From Tubiluchus corallicola (taxonomy: Eukaryota; Animalia; Priapulida): DNA of 64,000 nucleotides. This document shows positions 26,212-40,057 of the stretch, piece after piece; the stretch's first letter is position 1, and each line of letters begins with the position of its first letter. Both the position numbers and the translations under genes were made by a program. The stretch is from NCBI GenBank assembly GCA_030141605.1, contig JAQGDQ010001053.1, forward strand, positions 3,402-67,401, read 5' to 3'. Below the pieces are notes generated by a model. That model saw only the letters and a program-made list of their open reading frames with translations. It ran no database searches and was not told the origin of the DNA.

Positions 26212-26545
26212 ACTAGCACCATCTAGTGGCTGATCTTGCAGTAATATGTAGTGCAATGTATCAATTTTTTGGAATGCTGTTTTGTGGCACCCCCTAGTGT
26301 CTGACTTTGTAGTAGTTGTAGTAATCTGCTGTGGAGCATCAGTGGTTTAATTGAAATGGCTAATTGTTGGCGCCATCTAGTGGGTAATTTTGTAGTAATA
26401 TGAGATCAGTTATCTCAATTTTTTGAATACTGGTGGCAGGTGCAATCTAGTAGCAGACTTTGTAGTAATATGTACTAGAGTATCACAAGTTTACTTGAAT
26501 TTCTCATTGCTGGCGCCATCAGGTATCCGTTTTTACAGTAATACT
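26212..26545 (-). promoter_or_regulatory. Array of five CTCF-like motifs (CCACTAGATGGCGC) in ~70-80-bp units
   Basis: gcaccatctagtggc, gcaccccctagtgtc, gcgccatctagtggg, gtgcaatctagtagc, gcgccatcaggtatc, each followed by a t(t)gYagta-like module. Confidence 0.5.
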
Positions 26546-27875
26546 TGGTCAGCTGTCTCAATTTTTCTTGAATGGTGAAAGTGGATGCATTACCACTAGT
26601 CTAAAACTAAAAGACTCAAAGTTGCTTAATGGTTCTTTAGAAGAGTAAGATATAATTGAAATTGTTTAACTGAATTGGTACCTAGGCAAAAGGCATAAAG
26701 TGTAAAAAACTGTGTCACAAAAACATCATATTTTTAAGCACGAAAGTAAAATTAAAAATTTGATCGCAAAAACCAGTACAAATAAAGGCTTTATGATAAC
26801 AATAAATTATTATTTACACATTCAAATACGTTTAGCTTTGTGTTGAAATTACATTTTAATGTCGTTATGTTATTGTATTTATTATTAATTTTGCTAAGTA
26901 TAGCATTATACTACTGAGATTAGGCCTACAGTGTTTTTTACACTCACGTACTCAGGCAATAATTTATGGCACAAGAAAGAAGCACTGAAAGATACTTGCC
27001 ATACTATTAGTAAATAATTGCTATTATTGTTAACTTATTTGTTAATTCTATGCACGAAATCAACTTAAATATTGAACACCACTTTTCTTCAATAAATGTG
27101 ATTATTTAATATTTGTTAAAGCTATAAATATTTGTGGTGTACTAGTGCATTGTGTTTTGTGCTGTCTATCGACTCTCACTAAGATTCACCAAAAATGTCA
27201 GTTCAGCGTTGCTCTTTGATAAAAGTTTGTTTTAGCAACAATCTTTAACTTGATGAAAAATGAGTTGCACTAAAAACAACAATGATTTTTGTATTTCTTA
27301 AAAAACTTTGTCCAAAAATGATAAAAAAATTAACCTTTATTTTTTTTATTTTAAGACATAATACTGAATTCTTGATACCACATCATGCACAATCAACTCA
27401 TGGACAATAATACCACTAAATTTTACATTGAATTGAACTTTAAATTTTAATAAGAAAATCAAACTCATGAAATTAAATTTAACAAAAAAAAGAAAACTAA
27501 CATCAATAAATCTGTCGGATATATTTATATATGAATATTTATGGATGCCAAATTTGTTAAAGTGCATTATCTTTAACACTATTTTACAAAGCACAAAATC
27601 TTATAGAATATTCGTTGTTTGATAAACATGTAATGAAAATGATTTTTCCCTATTAATCCTACTTGAGAAAAAAGTATCATTGTTCATACAAAACTTACAA
27701 AATTTAGCTTATAAGAACTGCTTAACAAAGTTTAGTATGCTGTACCAGCCAATGGCAGGGTAGATAAGTCTAACCCTGCTGATTAATATTAATTATAAAT
27801 TCAGATATTCTGGCATGATAATGTTATGGTAACCCATCTAAAAATTTTGTTTGAGATTAAATACAGGGAAAAATC

Positions 27876-28018
27876 TTAGCTAACTATGTAGCCTTTGAAT
27901 GTGCTGGCATAACTAGCTGTTGAAATGGAGGCACCAGTGTAGTATGTGACATAAACTTCATCTCCTGTTTCGAGATGAAGAATAGCAGAGTTTGATATCG
28001 TTTGCCACTCGCCACCAC
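27876..28018 (-). CDS. C1q-domain gene, terminal exon
   Basis: tgttgcag|GT. GGGEWQTISNSAILHLETGDEVYV...YASTFKGYIVS* matches the C1q S.S.vl.L..GD.V.V...stFsG motif. Confidence 0.88.
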
Positions 28019-28186
28019 CTGCAACAAAATAATATTAATTTTAAGTACAACTTGTGTAAGAGCGAATACTAGTCACAAGGATGCATCAGTTTATCTTAAT
28101 GTCAGGATTATTGTTAACATCACAAACTGAAAATTTATAAAAGTTAGATACCAAACTTGAAAAATAGGAAATACGAAAAAGTTATA

Positions 28187-28250
28187 TGCAGGATGGATTT
28201 GAACTAACACCCTTTTGCTTGCAAGGCAAACGCACAGCACCACGGTCCCT
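28187..28250 (-). pseudogene. tRNA-Ala(TGC)-like pseudogene or tRNA-derived SINE head
   Basis: Minus strand gggaccgtggtgctgtgcgtttgcctTGCaagcaaaagggtgttaGTTCAAATCC has an anticodon arm and B-box but a degenerate D-arm. Confidence 0.5.
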
Positions 28251-30433
28251 GGTGATCATGGTTATCCAGTGTAGCTGACTAACTGAACTAGTACTTCTAA
28301 AGTGAAAGCACTCAACCTAGACAGACTGATTTTAAGTAATTTCATCAATTCTGATTCCGAATCTGAAAATTCCATGTAGTCTTTCTTTCCTGTCCTTGCA
28401 CTGCTTGTTCTGCGACCTAAGATGTCCATTCCTAAACGATGTGACTTCCTACGACCATTGACATTAAAAGCAAAACCGGACTGAATCTTAAACTGTAGGA
28501 CAAAATAGTTTACTTTTTATAATATTGAAAGAAGGCTTACTATTTTTTCCAAAAATGACTTACGTGAAAGAATTATTACCACGCAGGTATTTTGTTATAT
28601 GCTAGATATGTTAGTTTGTGACGAACTTCACACATTCGACAGCTCATGCGTGAGCACAGCAGTAAATTTAAATTTCGAATTTTTATCTTATAACTTGCCT
28701 AGTTTTAGTACAACACACTGAATATCTAACAGCAGCACTGTACTTCAATTTTCGCCTAGATCCCAGGAAATAAACAAAGCAAATGATATTTGATTGGTAG
28801 GTAGGCTGCCGGGTAGCCCAAAGTTCTCCTCTTGCCCAAAAATGGCTAAAATAAATTGGCCCTGCTAGGGTTAACTTGAAGATGAGAGAGCCAATTACAA
28901 ATTTGCAAAATTCTCTGCCATCTCCTGCCTGGGGTGACCAATTTGAGAGAAATCAGTAGACAATGTTACCTGAGCAATCAGTTTTACCTGCATTCACCTA
29001 CCTGATATCTCAACCGATGACAACCTCGACGAATCATTTTGAATGTCATTTCTGTTGTGAAACTGAAAAACGTACTTACCACCTTAAACGGCATTCCTCC
29101 TTTGATTTATCTTGGCAGCAGTTTTTACTGAGTGAAATTACTTCAGCTGTGTAATATCATTTAAACAACATTAATTTACCATGGCTTTGTCTGTTCTAAC
29201 GAGCAAGAGTCATTACCTAGTAGCACGAATGATTTCAGTGATACTTCTTCGTAGCTCTAAGTTGTAAATATTTGTAAAATTTCATGATGCTGCTCACAAG
29301 CTTAATTTTCCAGACCTGCTTCTATTTGCAGATCTCGAAAGAGCAAAATTCGCGAAAAAACTTCATTTTTTCTACAGGTCGGTTTTTGTATTAAAATGAT
29401 TTCTTGTTTTTTTGCATAATCGCAGTTTTTTAATAATTGTTAATTAGTAAGTTTATAAAGTTTACATGCCAGCATTTCATCACAGCATTGAGCATTAGCT
29501 GAAATAATTGAAATAATTGAAATAAATTAATTGAAATAATGATAAACCCAGCATGATGATGATGTTTATTGTACAGGTCCTGTGCTCTGCTCACTGCCTT
29601 GTTCTTCTTTAGGCTGTATGGTTATTTTATCGATTAATTGATTTTTTACTTAAACACTTACCTGTTTTTGATTCCTTGTGTTCAGGGGTTACTGGTATTA
29701 GTTTGAGCACCAAACAGGACAAGCCTGATTCCGCCCTTCCTGATATTGTCTCCCAATTTGGGTGCCAATGTGAGGTAACCCCTCAAGGGTAGATTCCTTT
29801 TTTATGTTTTGTGTTTAGCCAGCTAGTTGTTCATTTCGATTACAAAAATTCTTTCTTACATTAACATTTTAATTTCACAAAATCACTAAATTATGGGCGG
29901 GGCTTATGCCACTGAATCAATGCTAATTAATGTGTCCCAGGCATTTGGTTCACTAATCTCGTTTCAAGATGAGGTACTCAAACCATGGCGTCTCGCCCAC
30001 CGATAGCTCTGGTTCAAACCATCAAGGAGCTATTACAACTACCCTGGTGGCAAGTAGCGACGACAGAACAGTATTTATAGCTGTTTTATGTGTTTCAATT
30101 TTTGATTAAGTATAACAATACTTCTTTTACAAATTATCATTACCAAACGAATTGAAATGAAGAAAACATAATTATGTTAATGAATAATTAAACTAGAATT
30201 GTAAATAAGGTGAGTGAGCTTTAAACAATCAATAAGTAATTGACAAACGGGATGGACAGTCACCAACTTGTGAATGAATGAACAAATGAACGAATGAAAT
30301 TTAATGAATATGACATTATTGTAGAAAATTAGTTTATGTAAAAATTGTTTAGTTAAAACTCTTGAGTAATGAATTTGTTAGCATGGATGTAGACACGGTG
30401 CTTCGTTGCAAATAGTTTACTATACAAGCTTAC

Positions 30434-30562
30434 CTGGATGATAGGGATATGCAACATTATACCCATTATGTAGAAGCTCGGCAACACCACCGTATGAACT
30501 TCTCTGCGCCCATAGATTCAGTTCAAAAGAGTAAGTGCCTGATATAGGCGCTGTGAATTTTC
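30434..30562 (-). CDS. C1q-domain gene, internal exon
   Basis: tttacag|GA...CCA G|GTAAG, 129 nt. GKFTAPISGTYSFELNL...ELLHNG matches the C1q GxFTAPxxGxYxF motif. Confidence 0.9.
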
Positions 30563-33500
30563 CTGTAAAGTAAAAAAACCAAGTTAATGTTTACGTCTTT
30601 ATCTAGTGTTTAAATTTAATTAAAAAAGTACCCAAAAGTTAATCCAAAGGTGCACATATGTGATCTTTGTTCTTTTGTTGTGTAACGTAACGTAAAATTT
30701 ATTCATACTATGTAGTATGGTACATAAAATCTTAGCGCTAAAGAAAAAATGCATTTAAAAATCAAAATATTGAACTGCTGTCTATTTGCAACAGAGGCAG
30801 GGAGGATGATACTGCAGCCCTAACAGAGTTGCGTTGCAGGTTTATGCTTAAGCTAACAAATGTTTAAGCTGAAACAAAATTATTGATTCATATAATTGAA
30901 TTAAATTGAATTATCGATTTATTATTAAGCATATTGCATACACAGCTTACCGAAAAAATGACCCTGTTGGCTCGTTTGTTGCAAAGCCTGTGAGTGTAAA
31001 TAGAGCTGGATAAGAGAACACCACTGACCACTGACAAGGGTCTACAGTACACCTTCCCATTTCATAAGCTCCCTTTATGCACGTGATTAGCTGTTTTACT
31101 ACTAGACAGTCAGACTTTCAATCTGTTCCAGATAAAGGCACATTCACATGCACATCTGAGATGTTTACTGCATTCCCTTGACTGCATTTACGTTTAACCA
31201 CATTTAATTTCATTTTTTTAAATTTAATTTTAATTTTTTCATTAGGCTACTCCAGCACTGAGTTCAATGACCGTCCACGCCCCCTGAATCCAGACAAAGA
31301 AGTTCCCTCTTTGATTGGGAAGAAGTAAGAAGCTCCACCCTCAGAGACTAAAATGCAAAACCGACTGAAAAACTTAGTCTTAGAGAAAAACAATTATGCG
31401 AAACGATTACCGAATTCGAAATTAAAAGTTGAAAATAATCTCATTTCCTTGTTCAATTAAGTTAAAGTCAATCGTCGTATTTCACATAACAGTTTTTTTA
31501 TAACGGCGAAACGACTTAGAAAACTACCAACAAAGTATGTCTCAGCTGTTTCTGTAGAGTATGTAAAAATAAATGTAATAAATGTAATTAGATCATCCAT
31601 TATCTGTTAAGCAATTCATACGCTCTGCATTACGTAATGGTTCATCAGTATGAATCATTAATAGACAGGCAACTGTGCATCAACTGCAATGGTAAAGTGT
31701 GAACTAGCCTTTAGCCAGTCAATGCAGCTTTAATGCTACGACTACAACGCCTTGGCTAGGTTGCTTCTCTGTTAAATACGAATGCTAGTGTTCTTGTCAA
31801 ATACCTGGGGAATTCCACGATTTTTCGTAACAAATTCAGCATAAAATTTATTCAACATAAGTATTGACTTCTGTGATGAAAAATGGTGCAACAGATGGAA
31901 AAGGTAGTAAGTATTGTATTTGTAAGGCCATCTTAATTTGTACCGAGAACAAACATTTTTGCAAGACAAATCTGCATCATTGATAAAAATCAGCATCTTT
32001 GATAACTTCGTTTGTAAAGTTCACATGCAAATGTCACTTAGCGCCCCGTGATCAGTAACAACATTGACAACTTTCACTTGTAAAAGAATAATTTTAACAC
32101 CTTGCTGTGTTTGACTGAACTTAGGATTGGTCAGTGGTCAAAGTCACTCCAATTCACAAGGTTCAAAAAGCCTTGTTGTGAAGCTAAAAATAGGACCACG
32201 AAAGAAAGCAAATTAAGCAAAACAAATAAAATGAATCTGATAACAAATCGTTTTCATACGTTGATATACAGGGATTGCGATTATCTCCTGTAAATAATTA
32301 TATGAATTTAAGCATTTCTGTGATTGTAAACTGAAGGGTTGTCTTCCAAAAAAGTTCCTGGAATGTTAATATAGGACGTAGCTAGGGGCGGATTATGTCC
32401 CTTTGGAGCACCTAGGCTAAATAACTTCTAAATATTTTGCAAATCAAGTTAACGCGTAGGCCTATCTAAAGGCAACCATGGTGAAAATTTTTATAACCAG
32501 CATTATGACAATAAAACAATAAAAATAAATAAGTTTGTCATATTGATATCATTTCAGTTTATGAAACAATTTAAAAGCTTTAACATTTGGAAAATTAAAA
32601 TCGTTGTTTTATAAAAATCCTAAGATTCAAACATGCTGAACTAAGATCAATCATGCTGTTTATATTTGAAACGTAGTAAGTCAATGGACTGGGGTGCCAT
32701 GATTTACAGTTAGGGTCCCACATGCATGCACGCATCAAAACACACTCACACACACACACATGTGCGCGTGCGTGTGCACGTGCGCACGCATGCACAAACA
32801 GCGTGCGTGCAAGCACGTATGTTCCGTTAATTTACAGCATTCTCAAATCAAAACAATGATGAAGCTCTTAGTAGGCTGAAGCACGTCTAGAGTGATAATA
32901 AAAATAATAAAAATGCTAGAGAAATCTTATCATGCCGAAAATACAAGTAATTGTTTTGTATTCTGTCTGCTTTCATTAAGTATAACGTTATTTTACGATT
33001 ATATGAAAGTAACAATGTTCTAGGGAGGATCAGTGCTCCCACATCTGAGACGCCATTTCCTTGTAACTTTGTTATTGTTTCAATAAAACCTTTTCTGAGA
33101 CTGAAAATGGGTAATAATGATAATCAATACAACAGATTATGAGAATTCCACACAGTTAGAGCAAGGAATGTGAGGTGAGTTTTTCCTGTGGGATTTTCCA
33201 ATAAATCCTGCTAGGACGTTAATGTTGTGTGGAATGAAATGTCAGCCAGAAAATTTCAATAATGTTGAGATGTTATGATGATAGAAGCAAATATTATATT
33301 ATTTTCTTGTTGGGATGCATTGTTAACTTATAGCAAATCACATACCAGTAGAAGACGAATAAACGTTTCCATGATTGATTTGGCTCTCTGTGAATTTTAT
33401 AATAACTCCTGTGTTTCCATAGTGGCTTTCTGGGTAATAAACAGAGAAAGCAAAGGCTGAAATGAAAATATTACTTGTCATCATTATCATCAGGAGATGG

Positions 33501-34543
33501 TCAATATTATTATGTCATCACAGTCAAAGATGTTTCAACAATTATCATCATCCTTTCCATTCTCCAGGGTAATTTGGTACCAACAACATGGATTAGCCAC
33601 AATCTATTCAGTACATCAATCATTGTGAACTCATATCAATACATTCTTAAACATCATTGTGCCATCAATGGTAGCTCAACATGAAGGACTGAACTTTGTA
33701 ACCCAGGATGGTTTGCCCCAAAAATGGGACAGGAATAGGAGGAGGCATAAACAAAACTACAAGTAAGAAAGAATTAAAACTAAATGAAATTGGTCAATGA
33801 GGAACAAGATCAGTGAATTATGGTGGATATTGAAATTGTTTTTTTTAATTTACAGCTGACATGTTTGCATTAATGTTATTCTGCTACGTCTTGCTGTATT
33901 TGTTTGTATTTACGGGATCAGGATGAACAAATGGGCTGATAAAGTCCTCTGTTGTTCTACGAACAGTTTCGCACTATCGAGTTGCTCACATCAACCTTCA
34001 GCGACTCAAGCCAGTTATTCCGGATATTGCTAGATTTGTTCATAGCATGCATTGAAAGTGAAGCACAAAGGGGAAAATAAAACACATTAGCCAACCCAAG
34101 TCAGAGGCTTAGAGACCCTTTGCATGATAAGGAAGTAAGACAACAATGTTTGTTGCACTAGAGAGAACTAAAAATGAATTTACGAAAATGAAAATATAAA
34201 TTAAAGTAATTAGATTGTAAGCTAAGAAACGGGTTAACACAAAGTTTTGAGTTGTAGTTTTTAGTGGATACTTTCTGGAAGCATTACTGTGTAATTGTGG
34301 TACCCCCACGAGACCTTCAAAACAACAAGGCTAGTGACACTAAAACTCTTATAGATAACAAAGTGATGTGAAAATAAGAATAATAAAAATTATCTCAAGG
34401 AAGAATTACTCATTTGTATATTGATGATTTGTGAAAGATCAGTGCACTGGCTTCATTTAAAATCGCAGGTAAATATTAAAAAATTCTACATATTCAGTGG
34501 TGCTAAAAGTATCAGATTCTATAGAGAGAAACGTAAAACTTAC

Positions 34544-34804
34544 TCTTCACAGAAATATCTATTATCTTTGACGTTACTGAGCCAAGAGCGTTTGTTGCCA
34601 CACACTCGTATTCTCCAGTATCCCGGGTTCTTACTTTATATCTTGTAAGTACATCACCTCTGTCAGGTAAAATATTGCGATCCAGTTTCCAGGTGACGGT
34701 TGGTGGTGGATTAGCATCAGCTTCACATTTCAGCTCCAATGTTGATAACATTACAATCTCTGAACTTCCAGTAATAATGCTGAGATTTGCAGTGCGTGGT
34801 TTGT
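34544..34804 (-). CDS. Ig gene B, third Ig exon
   Basis: 261 nt, phase 1-1. LKCEADANPPPTVTW...DTGEYECVATN. Confidence 0.9.
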
Positions 34805-36725
34805 CTAATAAAAATGTACCATAAAATTTTACTCAGGGTATTAAACACAGAGCTTTACATAAAAACACGTATATAGAGTCTTATATGAAAAACAGGTACT
34901 TCTACTCAAAACGTTTCTTAACTGCACATTAAAAATTCTCTTACGTTTGAAGTGCAAAACCGTTACATTTTATTATGCGATACCATAGATTAAAAAGCCA
35001 TGCATATATAAATACCCATTTTAGAATACTCACCTAATGTCAACATAACAACTCATTTTATTAACTAATGCTTATGTCAGTAGAGTAAAGTCAGCTACAT
35101 CAGTAGAGTTATATCAGTAAAGCCCACAGTCTTTGGTAACATAAATTATCCAAGTGCTCACAAATTATTATTTTAACCACCCATATCATATGCTTTCCCA
35201 GGAATTAAGTAATTAAATCTCTTGTTTGTTGAGGGATTATATCTTTAAAAGTCAACAACCCAGGAAAGTATAACCAGGCGAATGAAATGGTTGAAACAGG
35301 TTTTCAACGAGTCACAGCAAATTCAAAGGTTTTATTTTTAATTTGTAGCTAATGTATAGGCGATTTAGAAAGTACTTTTATAGTACAAAACTATGTAGTG
35401 ATAAATAGAGATATTAGTTCTAACATTTATGACTGTAAATCAATACGACGTATAACAAAGAACAATTGTTGTAAATAAGTAATTGCACCACAATCTTTAT
35501 TGCTTTTTCTTCTTTCTTTCTTTTATTCATCTCTACCTAGAAACTGCAGTGAAGATTAACAAGGTACTAATAATATGCTTTTCGTGAACTTCAGTCTGAT
35601 AACTTGAAAAGCTCCCACACTTTAAGAGCAAACAAAAATGAGCAGAATGTTTACAAGTTTGTGACATAGTGAAAGAAGCCACTCTGTCGATTTAAAAGTT
35701 CGTGACAACCACATTGCTCTGTACCGAATTTTCCCAGTGCTAGATTTTCGCACTGCTAAAAATTTCTAGAAGTAACTTTTCCCGGTACCAAAATTTCCTC
35801 ATACCAAACTTACTGTAATGCCAAATTTTTCAATATTTTTCAGTTTGTTTACAGTTGCATGCACTTGCAGCAGGGGAGTTTGTGAGAATGTTCGTTACTC
35901 ATCAAGTTTGGCTTGGCTAAACGCTGCTTGCGATCTGTTTGTTAATAAATCAATTGCATTGACAGAAGCCAAGTTTTGATCAAAAATTGAGTTGTTTTCA
36001 CGTTTAGAAGTAATGACTGGGTAATTAGCATAATAACAGTTATTTACATACGGTATAACAAAAGTATGTTTCAGTGCCTTTTCCTAGCGAAAAGTGTCAA
36101 AAGAAACAGCGTCTGCGCATGCGAGTGTAAATAACACTGTCGAAGTATCTCTGCAGTACTTTCTATTATCGTAAACCCAAAATTATATCTGTGCTTATAC
36201 ATATCTCTCCCGCCTAGTTGTTTAAGTCAGCCTAATTGCTCAGTTAACCTGGGTTAGGACTCGCCATCTGTTACGTTTATTTAATACAGATTAGTTCAGC
36301 TGAGTTAGGAACAATTAAATACAACAAACAAATAAAAGGATCTCTATGTTAATGGTATTTTGCATATCTTTATATGTTAACAAGCTGCTGTCAGTTCTTA
36401 ATCTAATTCATCACTGCAGGGAAGAACTGCTACTGACTCAATCTTGATGTCTATGGACTGGGGAAAGATCAGATTCTTCTTGGATAACAAGGCTATAATT
36501 CCTGTAATAAATGATGCAGCGACAGCGGTATCACAACCACAGTTTAATGTGATTTGTTCATGCATCCCTTCACAGCAGAAAGCAGCTAAAATGAGCATGG
36601 TGAATGAAACCACCAGCTGGTTTCTAACACTGGTGTTCGTCGCCCATCCAGTAACAAACATGCACAAGGCCAAATTTATACAAGTCAAATATAAGACATT
36701 TTAGAAAAGTTTCTAGATTACTTAC

Positions 36726-36920
36726 AAAGAACATTTAGAGAAATATCCGGAAAAGAAACTTTCAGGGTACGATCTGTTAGGCAACACCTGATAATCTTGT
36801 TATTATCACCCTCCATGCCAGGTGAAAATACATGTCTCAAGGTACTAGTTGAAGTCACAAGTTGTGTTGTACTATTAGTCCAATTGTCTTGTTCAGCAGA
36901 AGAAGTTATGTCTTCTTCAC
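36726..36920 (-). CDS. Ig gene B, C2-type domain second half
   Basis: tcttttag|GT...CTT T|GTAAG, 195 nt. Confidence 0.85.
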
Positions 36921-36992
36921 CTAAAAGACACAAAACAGGCAGAATGATAACATTAACGTTGGAAGCGGATCTGGATCATCAGTCAATTTGAC

Positions 36993-37260
36993 TTCTGACA
37001 GGGTTAGAAAATTTGGCTAAACGTTTTAAGTCTGATAGGGCTAGAAAATTCAGCTAAACATCATAGGTCTGACAGGGCTAGAAAATTCAGCTAAACATCA
37101 TAGGTCTGACAGGGCTAGAAAATTCAGTTAAACATTCTAAGTCTGACAGGGCTAGAAAATTCAGTTAAACATTCTAAGTCTGACAGGACTAGGAAAATTC
37201 AGCTAAACATTTTAGGTCTGACTGGCTAGAAAATTCAGCTAATTATTCTAATTCTGACAA
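36993..37260. repeat. ~37-bp tandem repeat (about 7 copies, versus about 3 at 3922-4010)
   Basis: tctgacagggctagaaaattcagctaaacattctaag unit. Confidence 0.85.
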
Positions 37261-38233
37261 GACTCACAAAGTTAGATAAACATTTTAAGTTTAACAGAAA
37301 ATTCAATTAAACATTGACAAGTTTTAATATCATCGTGTATCATCATGTATCATCGTGTATTGCGCCTCTCGTCTTATGCCTCCCATATGTTATAAATGAC
37401 AAAAATGCACACACATTTGGCACACTGCTTTGAGTTTCTTTCTTGACAACCAATATGAAATCTCCCTTACTACTGGTGGTTATTTAAACTATAGTCTTAT
37501 AAGGTTGTGAATTCCCGTGAAAGCATCACTCCTTAGACTTCAGCAAAATAGGTTGGTTTCGATGGAAACACGGTAACTAGCTGGCAGTGCTTATGTGTGC
37601 ACTATAATAACATGCTAAAGATTAAATAGAAAATGTCTCTGCAGATAAGAATGTGAATTGATAATTGTTAACTAACTGATGAGACAATGCCTGTTTCACT
37701 ATGCACTGAACAAGAACTCCATGCACAGTTGCTGTAGGTCAAAGGTTAAGTGTACTAGAGCAATGCATAATAACTACAGCCATAATGTGACATGTGGGTA
37801 AAGTTTCAGTCCTTTTTGCTTTCCCGATCCTAAATCTTTTTCAATAACTTTATTTCAATAAAAAAATTCACACACAAGTATTCCCCTGCCATCGCCTAAT
37901 TTATAATGTAGATTTGTATTAGTTCAGAATTATTACTAAGGCCAGCAGTGAAAAAAATTTAGCAATTTTTCAAAATAAATCAGTTTTATACTAGAAGATA
38001 CTTCCATTCCATTAACTCATTTCAAATAATCTGTAATGAATTTATCCTGTACAGTATAAACCTGCTACCTACATAAGCTAATGAAAGATATTGGGGAATG
38101 TCTGATATATTTCTGGGAGGTTTAGTAATTTTTGCCTTTTATAAGCAAGCAGAAAAGATTCTGGTTTGTCTAGTTTGTAATAAAACTGGGCCTATAACAG
38201 CAAATACAGAAATGTTGAACATAATTCACTTAC

Positions 38234-38377
38234 CCAAGTACCACTTAATTTCAGGAGTTGGATTGGACTCTGCAATGATACACTTGAAAGTTTCCTCTGA
38301 ATTGTTGGCCCTGACAGTAACCTGATTTGTTAATATTTCTTCATCATTTAACAACATCTTTACTTCCTGTGGTTCCA
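38234..38377 (-). CDS. Ig gene B, C2-type domain first half
   Basis: 144 nt, phase 1-1. FKCIIAESNPTPEIKWYLG. Confidence 0.85.
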
Positions 38378-40057
38378 CTGTTAAACAAGAAAAACAAAAT
38401 GATGATATCCTTTTAACAATTGGACGAAAATTATAGTGAGTCAAAGTCAATTAGTTAGAAGCATACTAAGGTCCGTTTGTAGTATGATGAGTGGAAATGG
38501 GGGATTGAGTAATTGCCAGTTTCAATGCTAAAAATTATGATTTTATTTTTAGGTAAAACATCTATGATACTAGAATTGCCAAGCCACAAAAAATCATTAC
38601 AGAATCAAAAGAGCGAGAATCAAGTTACAAGTTGAGTAACGCATCAGAGATTGATTCGTTTACAATGAGTGAATTTTTTCTTGCACTAGAATGCTTGCTC
38701 CTTGCTGTGGTTATGTTTATTTGCCAATGCAGAAGAGAATAAAAATCACTTTTTATAGACTCTATCTCATAGGTATTTCTAGTTGTATACTAATAACTTA
38801 ACTTTTGCTCTTTTGACCTTGTAGTGGTTTTTTGTGTCTTGGTTTTTTTAGAGTCATAAACATACTGACTCTTTGGCTGAAACTTTAGCATTGAAATTGA
38901 CAAACTTGTTGATTCCTAGTAGTTCACATTCTGTCACGTATTTAATGTCAATTTCACATGAAAAGGCGAAAATAACTGGGCTCTGTGAAAACGGAAATAC
39001 CCACATCATAATCTCAAAAATTTGCCTAATACTGTCAAAGTGCTCTATACAATGTTAGAACACTAGCAGTCGTAAAACATATGACTACTACAAACTAAAA
39101 CACTTTCGTTTAAAGTATTTTCTTTACAGCAAAAGGTTAGCTTATATTTTCTCTATGCATTTGTGCTTTTTCTGTTTTTCTTATAAGTACAGCAACATTT
39201 GAACAAACACTTTTTTCTTATTAATATATTCCTCCTTTTTATTACAGTTTAAATTTGTTGCTGCACAAGGAAGAATTGTCAGAAATGGTACAAAGGCAGT
39301 TCTTTGTCATACTATTAAATTGATTTTTCGTTGTTCCTAGGCAGAGATATATTTATTACTGTGTTCACTTTTACATTAAATACATCTATTTGTTCAAAAG
39401 TACTTTTATATCTTTTATCAGTTGTACAAACTTAAGCAAATTCCAACTAAACTACACTAGGTCATGTCCTTACTAGTAATTTAGATTACTGTTAAACTTT
39501 ATAGAATGCTGCTGCCCCTGTCTGTCACTTTCATGCTGAAGTTTTATGTACCCTGGCTTCCAGTGAAATTCATAACTCAGTAATATATTTTAATTTTTAC
39601 TTTTTGGGCACTAAATGAAATGTCACGAGATATGATTACTGAGTATGAACCAACTCATTCTCTCAAATGATCTGGTACCCACTCACATGTAGTGCCAAGA
39701 CGCACAACCAAAATTGGATTAACAGCTTCATCCTACAAACAGCACCGAATGTGAAATTCTTCAACTTTTTCTACAAATTATTCTACAACTTTTTTCGCGT
39801 CAATTTTTACATTTTTCACTTACTTGTAACAGTTTGCCAATTTAAAGTTTCTTAGCTATAATATTTTACAGGAATCTGTCACGTTTTATTAATAATTGTG
39901 AATTTTTGTTCATTGTGCAACATAAAGTTTTAGCAGGCTTTACATATTAAGAAGATTAAAAACTTATTACAGCAGTTCCATATTTCTGTGCAATTAAGTT
40001 ACAGCCACATCATTGAATACATTTCATAAAATATGTTTATATGTATTAATGACTTAC

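Larger units (their letters stand above)
25405..26800. repeat. Segmental duplicate block Y, paralogous to about 54545-57360
   Basis: Same minisatellite, same 25860-26100 segment and same CTCF-like array in both copies. Confidence 0.9.
31708..37565. repeat. Segmental duplicate of window 1-4310 (3' part of the Ig gene and flank)
   Basis: Position 1 (cctttagccagtcaatgcag) recurs at 31708. Colinear and highly similar, with copy-B-specific insertions (~34915-35200, ~35490-36530). Confidence 0.93.

Noticed and set aside
28187-28250. Functional tRNA-Ala gene
   Set aside because: The D-arm and acceptor stem do not pair properly, so it is treated as a pseudogene or SINE.
36398-36688. Subtilase-like motif DTAVAASFITGIIALL
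   Set aside because: Lacks the catalytic GTS, is intronic, and no other S8 motifs are nearby.
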